A stretch of 58,039 nt of DNA from the IMG/VR virus record IMGVR_UViG_3300042923_000383, positions 1 through 58,039 of that record; one strand, written 5' to 3'. Position 1 is the first letter of the stretch. Each line of letters begins with the position of its first letter. Positions 47,686 to 57,898 of the stretch are shown piece after piece. The notes under the pieces are model-generated. The model worked only from the letters and a program-made list of their open reading frames with translations, was not told the origin of the DNA and did no database searches. The translations under genes were made by a program, and so were the position numbers. The DNA comes from a virus (Duplodnaviria; Caudoviricetes).

Positions 47686-48285
47686 ATGAGTGATTTAGTT
47701 TTACCAATATTCCGCGGCCTGACATATCCAATAATAAAAACTAATAATTGGAGCACTATTCAGCAAAAAGGAATGACAGGTATTCCAAAGTTTTTACAAC
47801 TTTATACATATCCATTTTATAGTTTGAAATTACAATTTGAATATTTAGAGGATAGTAACGACCAAAACGATGATATACATTCGTTGATGGGATTTTATAA
47901 TCGCGTTGGCGGCTCAGGACAAGACTTCTTATTTGCCGATCCGTTATTCGAAGATAATACGGCAACTAATCAAGTTTTTGGCGTGGGGGATGGGCAAAGT
48001 ACTAGTTTTCGCTTAGCTCGCACTTATGGAGGTTTCACCGAACCTGTTTTTGGCATTACGGCTAAACCAATTATTACGATTGCCGGAGTAGCAACAACTG
48101 ATTTTACTTGGGATACTACTGCATTAATAACTTTCCCTAGCATTGTCACTTCTGGCGCAGAATTAGCATGGTCTGGTCAATGGTATTATCGTTGCCATTT
48201 CAAAAACGATACTAGCGAATTTCAACAAATATTTTATGGCGGTTGGTCACTGGAAGAGTTGGAATTAGAAACGGTGAAGCTATGA
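47686..48285 (+). CDS. distal tail protein (DUF2460)
   Basis: LMGFYN....FLF.DP, FG.GDG..T.F.L.RTYGG. Confidence 0.85.
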   Translation: MSDLVLPIFRGLTYPIIKTNNWSTIQQKGMTGIPKFLQLYTYPFYSLKLQFEYLEDSNDQNDDIHSLMGFYNRVGGSGQDFLFADPLFEDNTATNQVFGVGDGQSTSFRLARTYGGFTEPVFGITAKPIITIAGVATTDFTWDTTALITFPSIVTSGAELAWSGQWYYRCHFKNDTSEFQQIFYGGWSLEELELETVKL

Positions 48286-49166
48286 AAACAGCATCTACAG
48301 CTCTTCAAAATTTATTTACAGAATATATGTTGGGTAAGCGGCGTACTTGGTATATTGCAGAATTGTATATGTTTAAATTAAGTAGCGGACAAACGTTATT
48401 ATATACAGGGCATGATACAACATTAAGTATTGGCGGTAATATTTACGAACATTGGCCCATTGATCATGGCGATATAACTGAAGAACGAGGAATAAAGGTT
48501 TCCGATACAACAATTGATATATATTTTAATCCTTTCGATAAAATTACAGGGCTTGGCGTAACTTGGTATCAAGCATTACAAAGTGGTGCTTTCGATGATT
48601 GTACAGTTAGCATTGACCGTTTGTATTCTCCTGACCCTTGGAGTTATATCATGCCTAATATTTCAAGCAACTATGTTTTAAAAGGGCGTTTTGTTGGACG
48701 GATGGATACCGATGAATTACGTTTTACTTCCGCAACATTAACGGTAAAATCGGCACTTGAATTATTAAATACGCAATTGCCTAGAAACTTAATGTCACCG
48801 TCTTGTTTAAACACATTTGGTGATTTTATGTGTGGCATCAATAAGGAAAATCTTGGCGTAACATTTACCGCACAGGCAGGCAGTTCGAAAACTAGTATTG
48901 TTTCTACTTCTACTGGTAGCGGTTATTATACACAAGGAACAATCGTTGGTATTACTGGTGCAAATATAGGCGTTACAAGGACAGTCAAAGTCTTTACTTC
49001 CGGTGTTGCTTCTTTGTTTCATCCTTTTAATCTAGCTGTCAGTGTTGGTGATACTTTTAGGATTTATCCCGGATGTAGTAAAACAATTACAGCATGCCAA
49101 GGATTTAACAACTTAGCTAGATTTAGAGGAATGCCATTTATCCCAGTTCCAGAAACTTTATTATAG
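48282..49166 (+). CDS. baseplate hub protein (DUF2163/BR0599-like)
   Basis: C...GD..CG, GD.F.IYPGC.K....C..FNN...FRG.PFIP. Confidence 0.88.
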   Translation: MKTASTALQNLFTEYMLGKRRTWYIAELYMFKLSSGQTLLYTGHDTTLSIGGNIYEHWPIDHGDITEERGIKVSDTTIDIYFNPFDKITGLGVTWYQALQSGAFDDCTVSIDRLYSPDPWSYIMPNISSNYVLKGRFVGRMDTDELRFTSATLTVKSALELLNTQLPRNLMSPSCLNTFGDFMCGINKENLGVTFTAQAGSSKTSIVSTSTGSGYYTQGTIVGITGANIGVTRTVKVFTSGVASLFHPFNLAVSVGDTFRIYPGCSKTITACQGFNNLARFRGMPFIPVPETLL

Positions 49167-49179
49167 GTGGCGATATTAT

Positions 49180-49626
49180 ATGACAGGACAAGAAAAGTTA
49201 GAACGTGAAAATTTAATAAAAGAATTGTTAACGTGGGAAAACACGCAATACCATCCAGAAGCTAGAGTAAAACAGGGTGGTTGCGATTGTGGTACATTAA
49301 TTCTACAGTCATTTGAAAACGTTGGATTAATAGAACATATTGATTTACCTCATTATGCCCAAGATGTGGCATGTCATTGTGCTGTACCTACTTATTTAAT
49401 GAAGATTAAAGAGTATTGTCGAGAAGTAGAAAGCGAACCGATTAAAGGTGATATTATTGTTTATCACTTTAAAGGAGCTAAAGTACCTCACCATGCGGCT
49501 GTGTGTATTGACAATGAGTTTATAATTCACAGTTATACAAGACAAGGTGTGATTCGTTCTAACCGTAGAGGGTACAAACAATATGAAGTTGGAATTTATC
49601 GTTTTAATAAATGGGCTGGTGAGTAA
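49180..49626 (+). CDS. NlpC/P60 tail-tip peptidase
   Basis: W..T.YH....K.GG.DC, H, IIHS. Confidence 0.88.
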   Translation: MTGQEKLERENLIKELLTWENTQYHPEARVKQGGCDCGTLILQSFENVGLIEHIDLPHYAQDVACHCAVPTYLMKIKEYCREVESEPIKGDIIVYHFKGAKVPHHAAVCIDNEFIIHSYTRQGVIRSNRRGYKQYEVGIYRFNKWAGE

Positions 49627-52600
49627 ATGGGTAGTTTATTTGGCGGTAGTAGTAGTGTAAGTACAACTGCATCTAGGGTGTCAACATTTAATGTAACTGA
49701 ATCTTCGTATGGAAAGCCAATTAGCCTTTTGTTTGGAACTAACCGTGTTTCTGGCGGAATGCTTGATTGGTCTGATTTTGTCGCAATTGCTCATACTACA
49801 ACCACTGAATCTGGCGGCAAGGGTGGTGGTGGCGTAACATCATCAAATACAACCTATACTTACACTGTAGCCGTAGATATTTGTTTAGGTGAAGGGCAAT
49901 GTACTAACGTAGGTAAGATATGGAAAAGCAAAAGTGTAACAACTTTGGGAGCAGAAGGGCTGACATTTTTCAATGGTTCAGTAGGTCAATCTCCTTGGGG
50001 GTACATGGTATCCAAACATCCAGAAAAAGCACTAGGGTATTCTGGAATATCTTACGTTGCTGGCGTAGTAGACCTAGGCGATAGTGCTAGTTTAGCTAAT
50101 TATAATTTTGAAGTATATGGATTATGCCAAGATCAATATGGTACACCATCCAATGAATTGACTTATCAATATGCATACCAACAAGAAATTGAAGTAAGCA
50201 ACTTTGTTGCTAATATCGCCGTATATGAGTATTCATATCCTAATAGTTATATAGAACTTGACAGCCGATATTATACTATTACACAAAAAAAAGATAGTTA
50301 TGGTAATAATATTGAAAATGTTTATATTTATAAGTTTAATTTTGACGATAGGGACGATGGGTACGATAGAGAAGATCCATTAGCTATAAAAATCAGTTAT
50401 AAAGCCGTTTCTAACTCTGTTCAATATACTCCAAGAGATGCAAATCCACGAGATGTAATCTACGAATTAGTAGCTAACCAAGTATTTGGTTGTCAGTTTC
50501 CTACTGACTATATTCCTGATTGGTCAGACTATAGTAATTATTGTAAAAATAATTCGCTCCTATTGTCACCTTCCATCACTTCACAAACACAAGCTAGTGA
50601 TATTATCACTGCAGCTTTAGAAGCTACAAATTCCGATGCTGTATGGTCGCAAGGAAAGCTTAAACTCATACCTTATTACGACAGCTTAAATCCAATATAT
50701 GACATAATAGACGATAATATTATAGGACAAGAAGACAATACTATTGTTATTACTCGTAGCCGACAAGCAGATGCTTACAATATTCAACCACTTGAATTTT
50801 CGGATAGAAACAACGATTATAATACCGATACTGTCTATGCAACCGATCAAGGACATATTGACCAATATGGTATAAGACAAGCTAGCACGAGCTCACATAA
50901 AGAAATTACTTCTAAGGCAGTAGCACAAGCAGTAGCACAAAACATTTTACAAAAACAGCTTTATGTTCGTAATCAATATGTGCAAAAATTAGGGCAAGAG
51001 TTTGTATTGCTTGACCCTATGGATGCAGTAACAACAGCTTGTAAACTTGCAGGACTTGACGAAACCGCAGTAAGAGTTGTTTCCATTAAAGAATCAAAAG
51101 AAGATTACACTTTAGAAATTACTTTCGAAGATAATCCTAGCGGTACTCATTCAGCTCCAACTTATGCTACCCAAGACGCAACAAGAGCAAATGTTGATTA
51201 TAACGCCGACCCGGGCAATGCAAACGACCCTATTATTTTCGAGCCACCTGCACAAATTGCCAATACAATGACTTTGTGCTTGGCTACCGCTGGAGGTTTT
51301 ATTTGGGGTGGATGTAGCGTTTGGGCATCTTATGACGACAAAACTTATAAAAGAATTGGGCGAGTAACAGCACCGTCACGTCATGGGGTATTAACCAAAG
51401 CGATTAATCAAGGATATTCTAATGATATAGTCAATACTTTGAGTGTGAATTTATCCATTTCTCGTGGCGAATTACTTACATCGTCAGAAGCTGATGCCGA
51501 AAGTAATAATACTCTTTGTTGGGTTGATGGTGAAATTATAGGTTATCAAAATGCTACATTAACCGCAACTAATCAATATGATTTAAGTAAGTTGACACGT
51601 GGCGTTTACGGTTCAGATATCGAATCACATTTGGCAGGTTCAAGGTTTGTTCGACTTGACGATGCTATATTTAGATATACTTACAAAACAGAGGACATAG
51701 GGAAAAAGCTTTATATAAAACTAACTAGTTTCAATGTGTTTAATTCGGCTGAACAGTTACTTTCAGACGTTGAACCTTACACATATACGATAGAAGGTAC
51801 TGACGCAATAGATGCGCCTAGTTTTACGGTAACACAAGATGGCGAAAATCTTATTGCTAAACTTGATTCTAGTATCAGTAACCAATACTATACTTACGAA
51901 TTAAGAATCGGTAACACTTGGGGAACTTCTTCGCTCGTTGGAAGGTTCACATCAAATTCATATACGTTTGCAGCTCCATCCGAAGGGACGCTTACTTTTT
52001 GGCTGAAAGCAATAGATGGTAAAAATAACTATTCAAAAACGGCAGGTAGAGCAATTGTAAATGTAGTTAATTTGCCAGTAAAAAACATTATCTACGAACG
52101 CACCGAAGATATGAGTACATGGGTAACACAGGGGATGTACTTGAATTTAGATAATACGTACTGTTTAAATACAACGGATATTCTTGGCGATTATGACATA
52201 TTTGCTGATATATTTGAACATCCTTTTTATTTTGTTGCTGGTGCATCAATAACATTCCCAACTATTGATTTAGGTGAAAATATTATTGATGATAGTTGCT
52301 ACTATATATCGCATGATGGAACATTGAAACTTTTAAGCACTGATACGCTTGGAGATTATGAACTATTCGCTGATATATTTAGCGGTAAACCATATGAATA
52401 TATGACACCATCTTATGCTAAAGACACTTTTGTTGGCGTAAATGTAGATTATACATACACTGGAAATGCTTATATTGATATTGAATATAGAGTGTCTCTT
52501 GATGGGGTTGCTTGGAGTGATTGGATATCTATAAGCAATAAACAATTCTCTGGAAGGTATGTGCAAATTAAATTGTTGCCAACTAGCTCAGATGGAATGG

Positions 52601-52881
52601 GACAGGTATTTATTACAGGCGCAAGTGTGGGTATTGATGTTCCAGATATTGAAGAAGTTATTGAAAATAAAACTATTGCTGCTGAAATTACTCGATTTAC
52701 TTACGTTAAGAAATTTACAGAAGTACGCTCAATTGCACCATATACGCAAGATATATCTGGTGTTCAAGCAACTTGTTATATTGTCAATCAAACCAATGAG
52801 TATTTCGATATGTGTATATTAGATGCAAACGGTGCAATGATCACAGGTAAATTACAGAAAGCAATAATTAGGGGGTATTAA
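49627..52881 (+). CDS. tail tip/central fibre (host-specificity) protein
   Basis: SSYG.PI.L.FG.NRV, GGKGGG, L.RG.YG....H.AG.RFVRLD, FN3-like segment. Confidence 0.85.
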   Translation: MGSLFGGSSSVSTTASRVSTFNVTESSYGKPISLLFGTNRVSGGMLDWSDFVAIAHTTTTESGGKGGGGVTSSNTTYTYTVAVDICLGEGQCTNVGKIWKSKSVTTLGAEGLTFFNGSVGQSPWGYMVSKHPEKALGYSGISYVAGVVDLGDSASLANYNFEVYGLCQDQYGTPSNELTYQYAYQQEIEVSNFVANIAVYEYSYPNSYIELDSRYYTITQKKDSYGNNIENVYIYKFNFDDRDDGYDREDPLAIKISYKAVSNSVQYTPRDANPRDVIYELVANQVFGCQFPTDYIPDWSDYSNYCKNNSLLLSPSITSQTQASDIITAALEATNSDAVWSQGKLKLIPYYDSLNPIYDIIDDNIIGQEDNTIVITRSRQADAYNIQPLEFSDRNNDYNTDTVYATDQGHIDQYGIRQASTSSHKEITSKAVAQAVAQNILQKQLYVRNQYVQKLGQEFVLLDPMDAVTTACKLAGLDETAVRVVSIKESKEDYTLEITFEDNPSGTHSAPTYATQDATRANVDYNADPGNANDPIIFEPPAQIANTMTLCLATAGGFIWGGCSVWASYDDKTYKRIGRVTAPSRHGVLTKAINQGYSNDIVNTLSVNLSISRGELLTSSEADAESNNTLCWVDGEIIGYQNATLTATNQYDLSKLTRGVYGSDIESHLAGSRFVRLDDAIFRYTYKTEDIGKKLYIKLTSFNVFNSAEQLLSDVEPYTYTIEGTDAIDAPSFTVTQDGENLIAKLDSSISNQYYTYELRIGNTWGTSSLVGRFTSNSYTFAAPSEGTLTFWLKAIDGKNNYSKTAGRAIVNVVNLPVKNIIYERTEDMSTWVTQGMYLNLDNTYCLNTTDILGDYDIFADIFEHPFYFVAGASITFPTIDLGENIIDDSCYYISHDGTLKLLSTDTLGDYELFADIFSGKPYEYMTPSYAKDTFVGVNVDYTYTGNAYIDIEYRVSLDGVAWSDWISISNKQFSGRYVQIKLLPTSSDGMGQVFITGASVGIDVPDIEEVIENKTIAAEITRFTYVKKFTEVRSIAPYTQDISGVQATCYIVNQTNEYFDMCILDANGAMITGKLQKAIIRGY

Positions 52882-52884
52882 AGA

Positions 52885-55101
52885 ATGGCAATTACACCAC
52901 TTACAGACGGAACAAAAAGAAATGTTGCAATTGAAAATTTAAACGCACATAACCATACCGAAGGACTTGGGGCGCAAATACCAACGGCAGGGATAGAAGA
53001 TAGTGCAGTAGTAGAAACAAAACTAGCTGTTTTATCGGTGTCAACAGGGAAAATACAAGATAATGCAGTAACATTGCCTAAACTGTCAGCAAGTTTGCAA
53101 GAAACAATTACGGCTGGCGGTAATGGGGTTAGATTAGGCATTGGTGATTTTATATCTAGTGGCTTAGATGTTGATTCAATTTCCGGTCTTAATATGACGG
53201 TTAATAGTGGTTATGCAAGAATTAACGAAACAACATACCAATTAGCTAGTAATTCTACGATAACATTGCCAGCGAGAAGCACATCATTAGTATGCTTAAA
53301 TGCAGGCACAACACCAACAGTAACATCAACACTAGCGACAATACCAACATCATATATTGACAATAATACAGTAGCTTTTTGGGTGTTTAATCAAACTACT
53401 AGTGGCGCAGTTATTCCTAATAGTGCGGTAGGAATATCAAGTATAGCAGTGGCAAACGACTTAACGCCAAATGGTGGTATTTCTAGTGTTGATGGATGGA
53501 CTGATTACGCATTAAAGCCAGATGGTAGCACGGGATACTTTGTAAGTAACAATTATACAAATATTCCAATAGGTGCTTCAACACGTCAAATTGATATTGC
53601 TTTTCTTGCGGTTACAAACAGTACCACACAAACTCTTTGTAGCATGGGCGGTACTACTTCAACTTATACTACAGTTAGAATAAATCCCAGTAATAACATT
53701 GAAATAATTGTAAACTCAACTTTATGTGATACTAAATATACGGTAACTACTGGTAGTTTTTATTTAATATCTATGTTATATAATGGTACAACACTTTATG
53801 TATATGTAAACGGAATGCTAGTGTATTCATTGGCTATCACTTGGGCTTCAACAGCATCAAATGTTTACATACATAGAGCATCAATAGGAACAACATATTT
53901 TTCCGCAAGTACAATAGATTATGTAGAAATTCGCAATGCTATTCGGACAGCTCAACAAATTGCACAAATATCAAACAAACTTATGTTACCTTGTTTTTAC
54001 AATAAAAATAGTGCAGTAGCCCCAACAGTTCCTAGTACATTTGCTTCGACTTATCATGAATATTTATTTAGTGAGTCAAGTGGTACAAGCGTTGCGGATA
54101 GCAATACGACAAGCCCACTCAATGGCGCAGCTACAGGATCAACGATTGTTGACTCTGAAATAGGTTTGACAAAATCGAGGAAATTTGCAGGAGCAGGAAA
54201 TATTTCTGTCGGTAATTTTGCTTGTGCTTCAGTATTTAGTTATATTGGAGTAGTTAATATCCCCTCATATGGTACAGCCCAATGCTTGTGGAGTAATCGC
54301 CCTAGTGCTAGTGGAGCAGGAAACATGTTATGGGTGAATACTAGTGGATATTTATGTTTATATAATGCTAGTACAAATTATGTATTAACAAGTACCCCTA
54401 TAACTACAGGAACACCAACTTTTGTAGCTGTAGCAATCAATGGGACTACTGCAAAGGTGTATATAGGTTCACCGCAATCTCCAACAGTTAGTACAATTAC
54501 AACACTAAATACTACAAGTAATACAGCTTATTTAGGATATGATGCTCCTGGAAATTATTTTACTGGGATACTTGAATACGCTATGTTTGGCAACTTTGAA
54601 CTAACACAAGCAGAAGTAGCACGATATTACACTGCGCTCATGGCAACAGGACGTAGATCAATTATTGATGATGTGCTACCAACTAATTCCGTTGCACTAG
54701 CTTTCGCAAGAACAAATAGCAGTGAAATTATTGAGTATAACGATGCTGATTACTGGACAGGTAGACGCGAAAAAGCTGTAGGCGGTAATCGTGAGAAGTT
54801 TTTAGGATGGCAGTCGTTTAGTGGAGCAGTAACTTTAGATTGGGAAAGTGTAAATCCATTCAAGGGAACTAGAAACATTAATTTTGATAGTTATTGGTCA
54901 CAGGATGCTATAGGTACAAATAAAGGAAAAACAATAGAGTTCTTTAATAATGGCACAACTAGCTATGGATGTTTACAGGACCCTAGCCCGAACACCGTTT
55001 TGCGATTAAACGTAATGCCTGGGGGCGCTGGTCGTATGTATGGTGCATATCAAACATCTGGTTACATTGGATGTTATGCAGAAGTCTTGGAGGATGATTA
55101 A
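52885..55101 (+). CDS. tail fibre/receptor-binding protein with two LamG/ConA-like domains
   Basis: YNGTTLYVYVNG..IDYVEI and FVAV..G..Y.G..FTG repeats; S/T-rich. Confidence 0.75.
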   Translation: MAITPLTDGTKRNVAIENLNAHNHTEGLGAQIPTAGIEDSAVVETKLAVLSVSTGKIQDNAVTLPKLSASLQETITAGGNGVRLGIGDFISSGLDVDSISGLNMTVNSGYARINETTYQLASNSTITLPARSTSLVCLNAGTTPTVTSTLATIPTSYIDNNTVAFWVFNQTTSGAVIPNSAVGISSIAVANDLTPNGGISSVDGWTDYALKPDGSTGYFVSNNYTNIPIGASTRQIDIAFLAVTNSTTQTLCSMGGTTSTYTTVRINPSNNIEIIVNSTLCDTKYTVTTGSFYLISMLYNGTTLYVYVNGMLVYSLAITWASTASNVYIHRASIGTTYFSASTIDYVEIRNAIRTAQQIAQISNKLMLPCFYNKNSAVAPTVPSTFASTYHEYLFSESSGTSVADSNTTSPLNGAATGSTIVDSEIGLTKSRKFAGAGNISVGNFACASVFSYIGVVNIPSYGTAQCLWSNRPSASGAGNMLWVNTSGYLCLYNASTNYVLTSTPITTGTPTFVAVAINGTTAKVYIGSPQSPTVSTITTLNTTSNTAYLGYDAPGNYFTGILEYAMFGNFELTQAEVARYYTALMATGRRSIIDDVLPTNSVALAFARTNSSEIIEYNDADYWTGRREKAVGGNREKFLGWQSFSGAVTLDWESVNPFKGTRNINFDSYWSQDAIGTNKGKTIEFFNNGTTSYGCLQDPSPNTVLRLNVMPGGAGRMYGAYQTSGYIGCYAEVLEDD

Positions 55102-55470
55102 ATGAGTCAATATTACAATACAAACACAAATACATTGCAAACTATGCCACCTTGGGGAAATGGTTGGGTAAATAATGATACTAAACAAACCTACTACGAT
55201 AATGGTTGGGAATTAAAAGATAATTATTTTACGCCACCACAACCGCCAGACAATACATATACTTGGGATGCAACAACAAAAGCTTATGTACTAGACAAAC
55301 ATTTAGCTAGGATAGCCCTTGATACTGAATACGATGCTTATAACGTTCAAAATATGAAAGCATATATGGGAGCGTTAAAACGTGGAGATACAGCTATGGC
55401 TGCTACAATATTAGCCGAAGGGTCAGCTTTAAATACAGAATATTATACAAAGAAAGAGGCGTTAGTATGA
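55102..55470 (+). CDS. putative tail fibre assembly protein
   Basis: PPQPP...YTWD; follows the fibre gene. Confidence 0.55.
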   Translation: MSQYYNTNTNTLQTMPPWGNGWVNNDTKQTYYDNGWELKDNYFTPPQPPDNTYTWDATTKAYVLDKHLARIALDTEYDAYNVQNMKAYMGALKRGDTAMAATILAEGSALNTEYYTKKEALV

Positions 55471-55598
55471 GTGATGCTGTTTCATATACTCCAAGATGTG
55501 ATTTTTGTGGATATCCAAAAGATGCAAACGGAATATGCACAAACCCTACTTGCGGTAAAAGTATAGTTTCGGAAGATACTACAAAAACGGAGGGTTAA
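55467..55598 (+). CDS. 43-aa Cys-containing peptide (not in ORF track)
   Basis: ATGA overlap, GAGG SD; RCDFCG..CTNPTC. Confidence 0.6.
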   Translation: MSDAVSYTPRCDFCGYPKDANGICTNPTCGKSIVSEDTTKTEG

Positions 55599-55599
55599 T

Positions 55600-55851
55600 A
55601 TGTACGTATCAAGAACAATCGTATATCTTGCAATACTAATTATCTCAATAGCATTATCGTATCGGATTATCAAACCAGTGGTTAAAAGTTATGTACCTAT
55701 AGTTATCAATGTGCTTTTTGGTGACATATCAACTGAAATTTATCCAGCGTTAACTAAAGCAGGGATAACAATGAGTGAGTCGCAAAAGAGAGTTTTTGAA
55801 GATGAATTAAAACATAATCACAACGCACTTGGCTTTAAAAGGAAGGAATGA
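55600..55851 (+). CDS. small membrane protein
   Basis: GGAGG SD, N-terminal TM. Confidence 0.6.
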   Translation: MYVSRTIVYLAILIISIALSYRIIKPVVKSYVPIVINVLFGDISTEIYPALTKAGITMSESQKRVFEDELKHNHNALGFKRKE

Positions 55852-56249
55852 ATTATGTGACATATGAAAATGCATTACCACTAATTGATAAAGCGATAAG
55901 TACGCCAATCACAATTTTAATTTGCCTTTCATTTATTGGATTGGCTATTTATTTTGCAAAAAAATTACCACCTATATTATCAACACAAAACGTACTTATT
56001 GCGAACAATACAAAAGCTACAGAATCAATGAGTAAATCAGTAGATATGTTAGGTAATGTCCTGCAAAATATGGTAACTAATTATGCTGTGCATGATGAAG
56101 GTCAAAAAGCATTACGAAACGATGTAAATGCAATTCAATCTAATGTATCTGATTTAATTGAGAACTCAGTAACTAAAAATGAATTGCTTAATCTACAAAA
56201 TAATATGCAGAATCGTTTTGATACCGTGATTACCAATATGCGAAGGTAG
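55848..56249 (+). CDS. holin-like single-TM coiled-coil protein
   Basis: One TM + NT.A coiled coil; directly before the amidase. Confidence 0.55.
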   Translation: MNYVTYENALPLIDKAISTPITILICLSFIGLAIYFAKKLPPILSTQNVLIANNTKATESMSKSVDMLGNVLQNMVTNYAVHDEGQKALRNDVNAIQSNVSDLIENSVTKNELLNLQNNMQNRFDTVITNMRR

Positions 56250-56288
56250 TCGCGGTATTTTAATTTAAGAAAATGGAGGAAAATATAG

Positions 56289-56822
56289 ATGTTAATTGTA
56301 ATTAATCCCGGTCATTGCCCCGGTGAAGATTCTGGCGCAGTTAACCAAAATACAGGCTTACAAGAAGCTGACGTTGTTCTAAATATCGGCAATTTGCTTG
56401 CTGGATATCTTGAAAATGTTGACTATGAAACAAAGATCGTACAACTAAATGATTTAAATGAAATCTGTGACGTGGCTAATGGCTGTGGAGCAGATTTATT
56501 TATTTCCCTACATTGTAATGGTGCAGAATCAACACAAGCTAACGGCACAGAAACTTGGTACTATGACCAATCAGAAGAAGGGGAAAGCCTAGCGTATTGT
56601 ATTCAAGAACAAATCATCAATTCATTAGGCACAACTGATAGAGGTATTAAATCAGCAGTACCACACAAAAATGGTTTGTATGTTTTGACTAATACGAATA
56701 TGACAGGCGTTTTAGTCGAAACTGCATTTATTACAAATGATTCTGATGAACAATTGCTCGCTGACCGTCAAGATGATTTTGCCAGAGCTATTGCAAGAGG
56801 AATTACCGATTATATCAAATGA
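56289..56822 (+). CDS. endolysin, N-acetylmuramoyl-L-alanine amidase (Amidase_3), catalytic domain only
   Basis: INPGH, E, FISLHCN, VLVETAFITN. Confidence 0.95.
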   Translation: MLIVINPGHCPGEDSGAVNQNTGLQEADVVLNIGNLLAGYLENVDYETKIVQLNDLNEICDVANGCGADLFISLHCNGAESTQANGTETWYYDQSEEGESLAYCIQEQIINSLGTTDRGIKSAVPHKNGLYVLTNTNMTGVLVETAFITNDSDEQLLADRQDDFARAIARGITDYIK

Positions 56823-56837
56823 AAGGCAGGTGATTAG

Positions 56838-57359
56838 ATGGACAAATTAGTCTTAGGCTTTGTTGGTGGCGATACAAATATAGATCGTGCAATTAAGTTC
56901 TTTTCTGACTCTGAATACTATGACATAACGCATAGTTTTGGAATCTTATTTAATTCCACGCTAGAAAGTACAGGCTGTAAAGAAGAAAGCGACCCTTATG
57001 CTGGCGTTTGGTTGCATGACCCCGAAAAGTATATAAACAACTCTCATGCAAGATTTATAGAAATAGAGATACCTAACATGAAAGCATTAGAAAAAGATGC
57101 TAGAAAAATGTTAGGTTCTTTTTATTCTATCGGTTCTTGTATTGCCTACTTCTTGAAAAAGATTGCCAATATTGACCTTCCAGACTTCATGCGTACTTGT
57201 GATTGCTCAGAGTTGTGGACTCAATTAGTACGATCTGGTGGTAGAACTGTTTTAAGAAAGTATAAGCAGAATCAAGTATCACCGCTAATGCTTTTCAAAT
57301 GGTCAATGCAAAATGGCGGTAAAGATGTAACACCAAGATATAGAAAGGTGGTGGCTTAA
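56838..57359 (+). CDS. permuted papain-like (YaeF/YiiX-type) protein
   Basis: I.FF..S...TH..I, Y, CSEL, VSP. Confidence 0.6.
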   Translation: MDKLVLGFVGGDTNIDRAIKFFSDSEYYDITHSFGILFNSTLESTGCKEESDPYAGVWLHDPEKYINNSHARFIEIEIPNMKALEKDARKMLGSFYSIGSCIAYFLKKIANIDLPDFMRTCDCSELWTQLVRSGGRTVLRKYKQNQVSPLMLFKWSMQNGGKDVTPRYRKVVA

Positions 57360-57361
57360 TT

Positions 57362-57469
57362 ATGAACTGGCTAAAATCAGCATGGGTAAAAATTCGTGAT
57401 GCAACGTATAACGCAGGAGCGGCTGCAATTGGAGCTAGTATTGTGAATGCGATAAAAAAGAAGGGGTAA
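57362..57469 (+). CDS. 35-aa cationic amphipathic peptide (not in ORF track)
   Basis: GGTGG SD; MNWLKSAWVKIRDATYNAGAAAIGASIVNAIKKKG. Confidence 0.6.
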   Translation: MNWLKSAWVKIRDATYNAGAAAIGASIVNAIKKKG

Positions 57470-57470
57470 T

Positions 57471-57857
57471 ATGCAATACATAACACCTTATATAACACCA
57501 GTTTTAAAATGGTTATTGCCATATTTTCTAAAACTAGCTGACAAGTATTTGCCGGAACTTTTAGAAGATATCATAAATAAAATTAAAAATAATAAAAAGA
57601 AGGATGATGTTAAAATGTCAGAAGAAAACACAACTACAGCAACAACAGTAACTAGCGAGGTAGCTGCAACGGTAGCACCTGTAGTCATTGATGCGGTCGA
57701 AGAAAAGAAAGATGAATTACTTGCAAAATTAAAAGCAGAAATTACAACCACATCTAGCTCATATGTAAAATTTAGGAATACAATGTATATTGCGTTGCTA
57801 AATGGTGCAGACGATTATTTAGTTGAAAAGTTAATGGAAAAACTAGCTAAACTATAG
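57471..57857 (+). CDS. hypothetical protein (possible internal start at 57615)
   Basis: Last gene of the lysis operon. Confidence 0.65.
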   Translation: MQYITPYITPVLKWLLPYFLKLADKYLPELLEDIINKIKNNKKKDDVKMSEENTTTATTVTSEVAATVAPVVIDAVEEKKDELLAKLKAEITTTSSSYVKFRNTMYIALLNGADDYLVEKLMEKLAKL

Positions 57858-57858
57858 T

Positions 57859-57898
57859 AAAAATCCCCAGCCTATTAATTTAGGTTGGGGATTTTTTT
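57859..57898. terminator. strong bidirectional terminator ending the late operon
   Basis: AAAAATCCCCAGCCTA/TAGGTTGGGGATTTTT. Confidence 0.9.

Noticed and set aside
52885-55101. Diversity-generating retroelement target in the tail fibre
   Set aside because: No reverse transcriptase and no template/variable repeat pair seen in the window.
544-57751. Numerous minus-strand ORFs overlapping long plus-strand genes (e.g. 544-873, 1636-1998, 31734-32246, 44809-45225)
   Set aside because: Antisense shadows of real genes, without SD or recognisable motifs.
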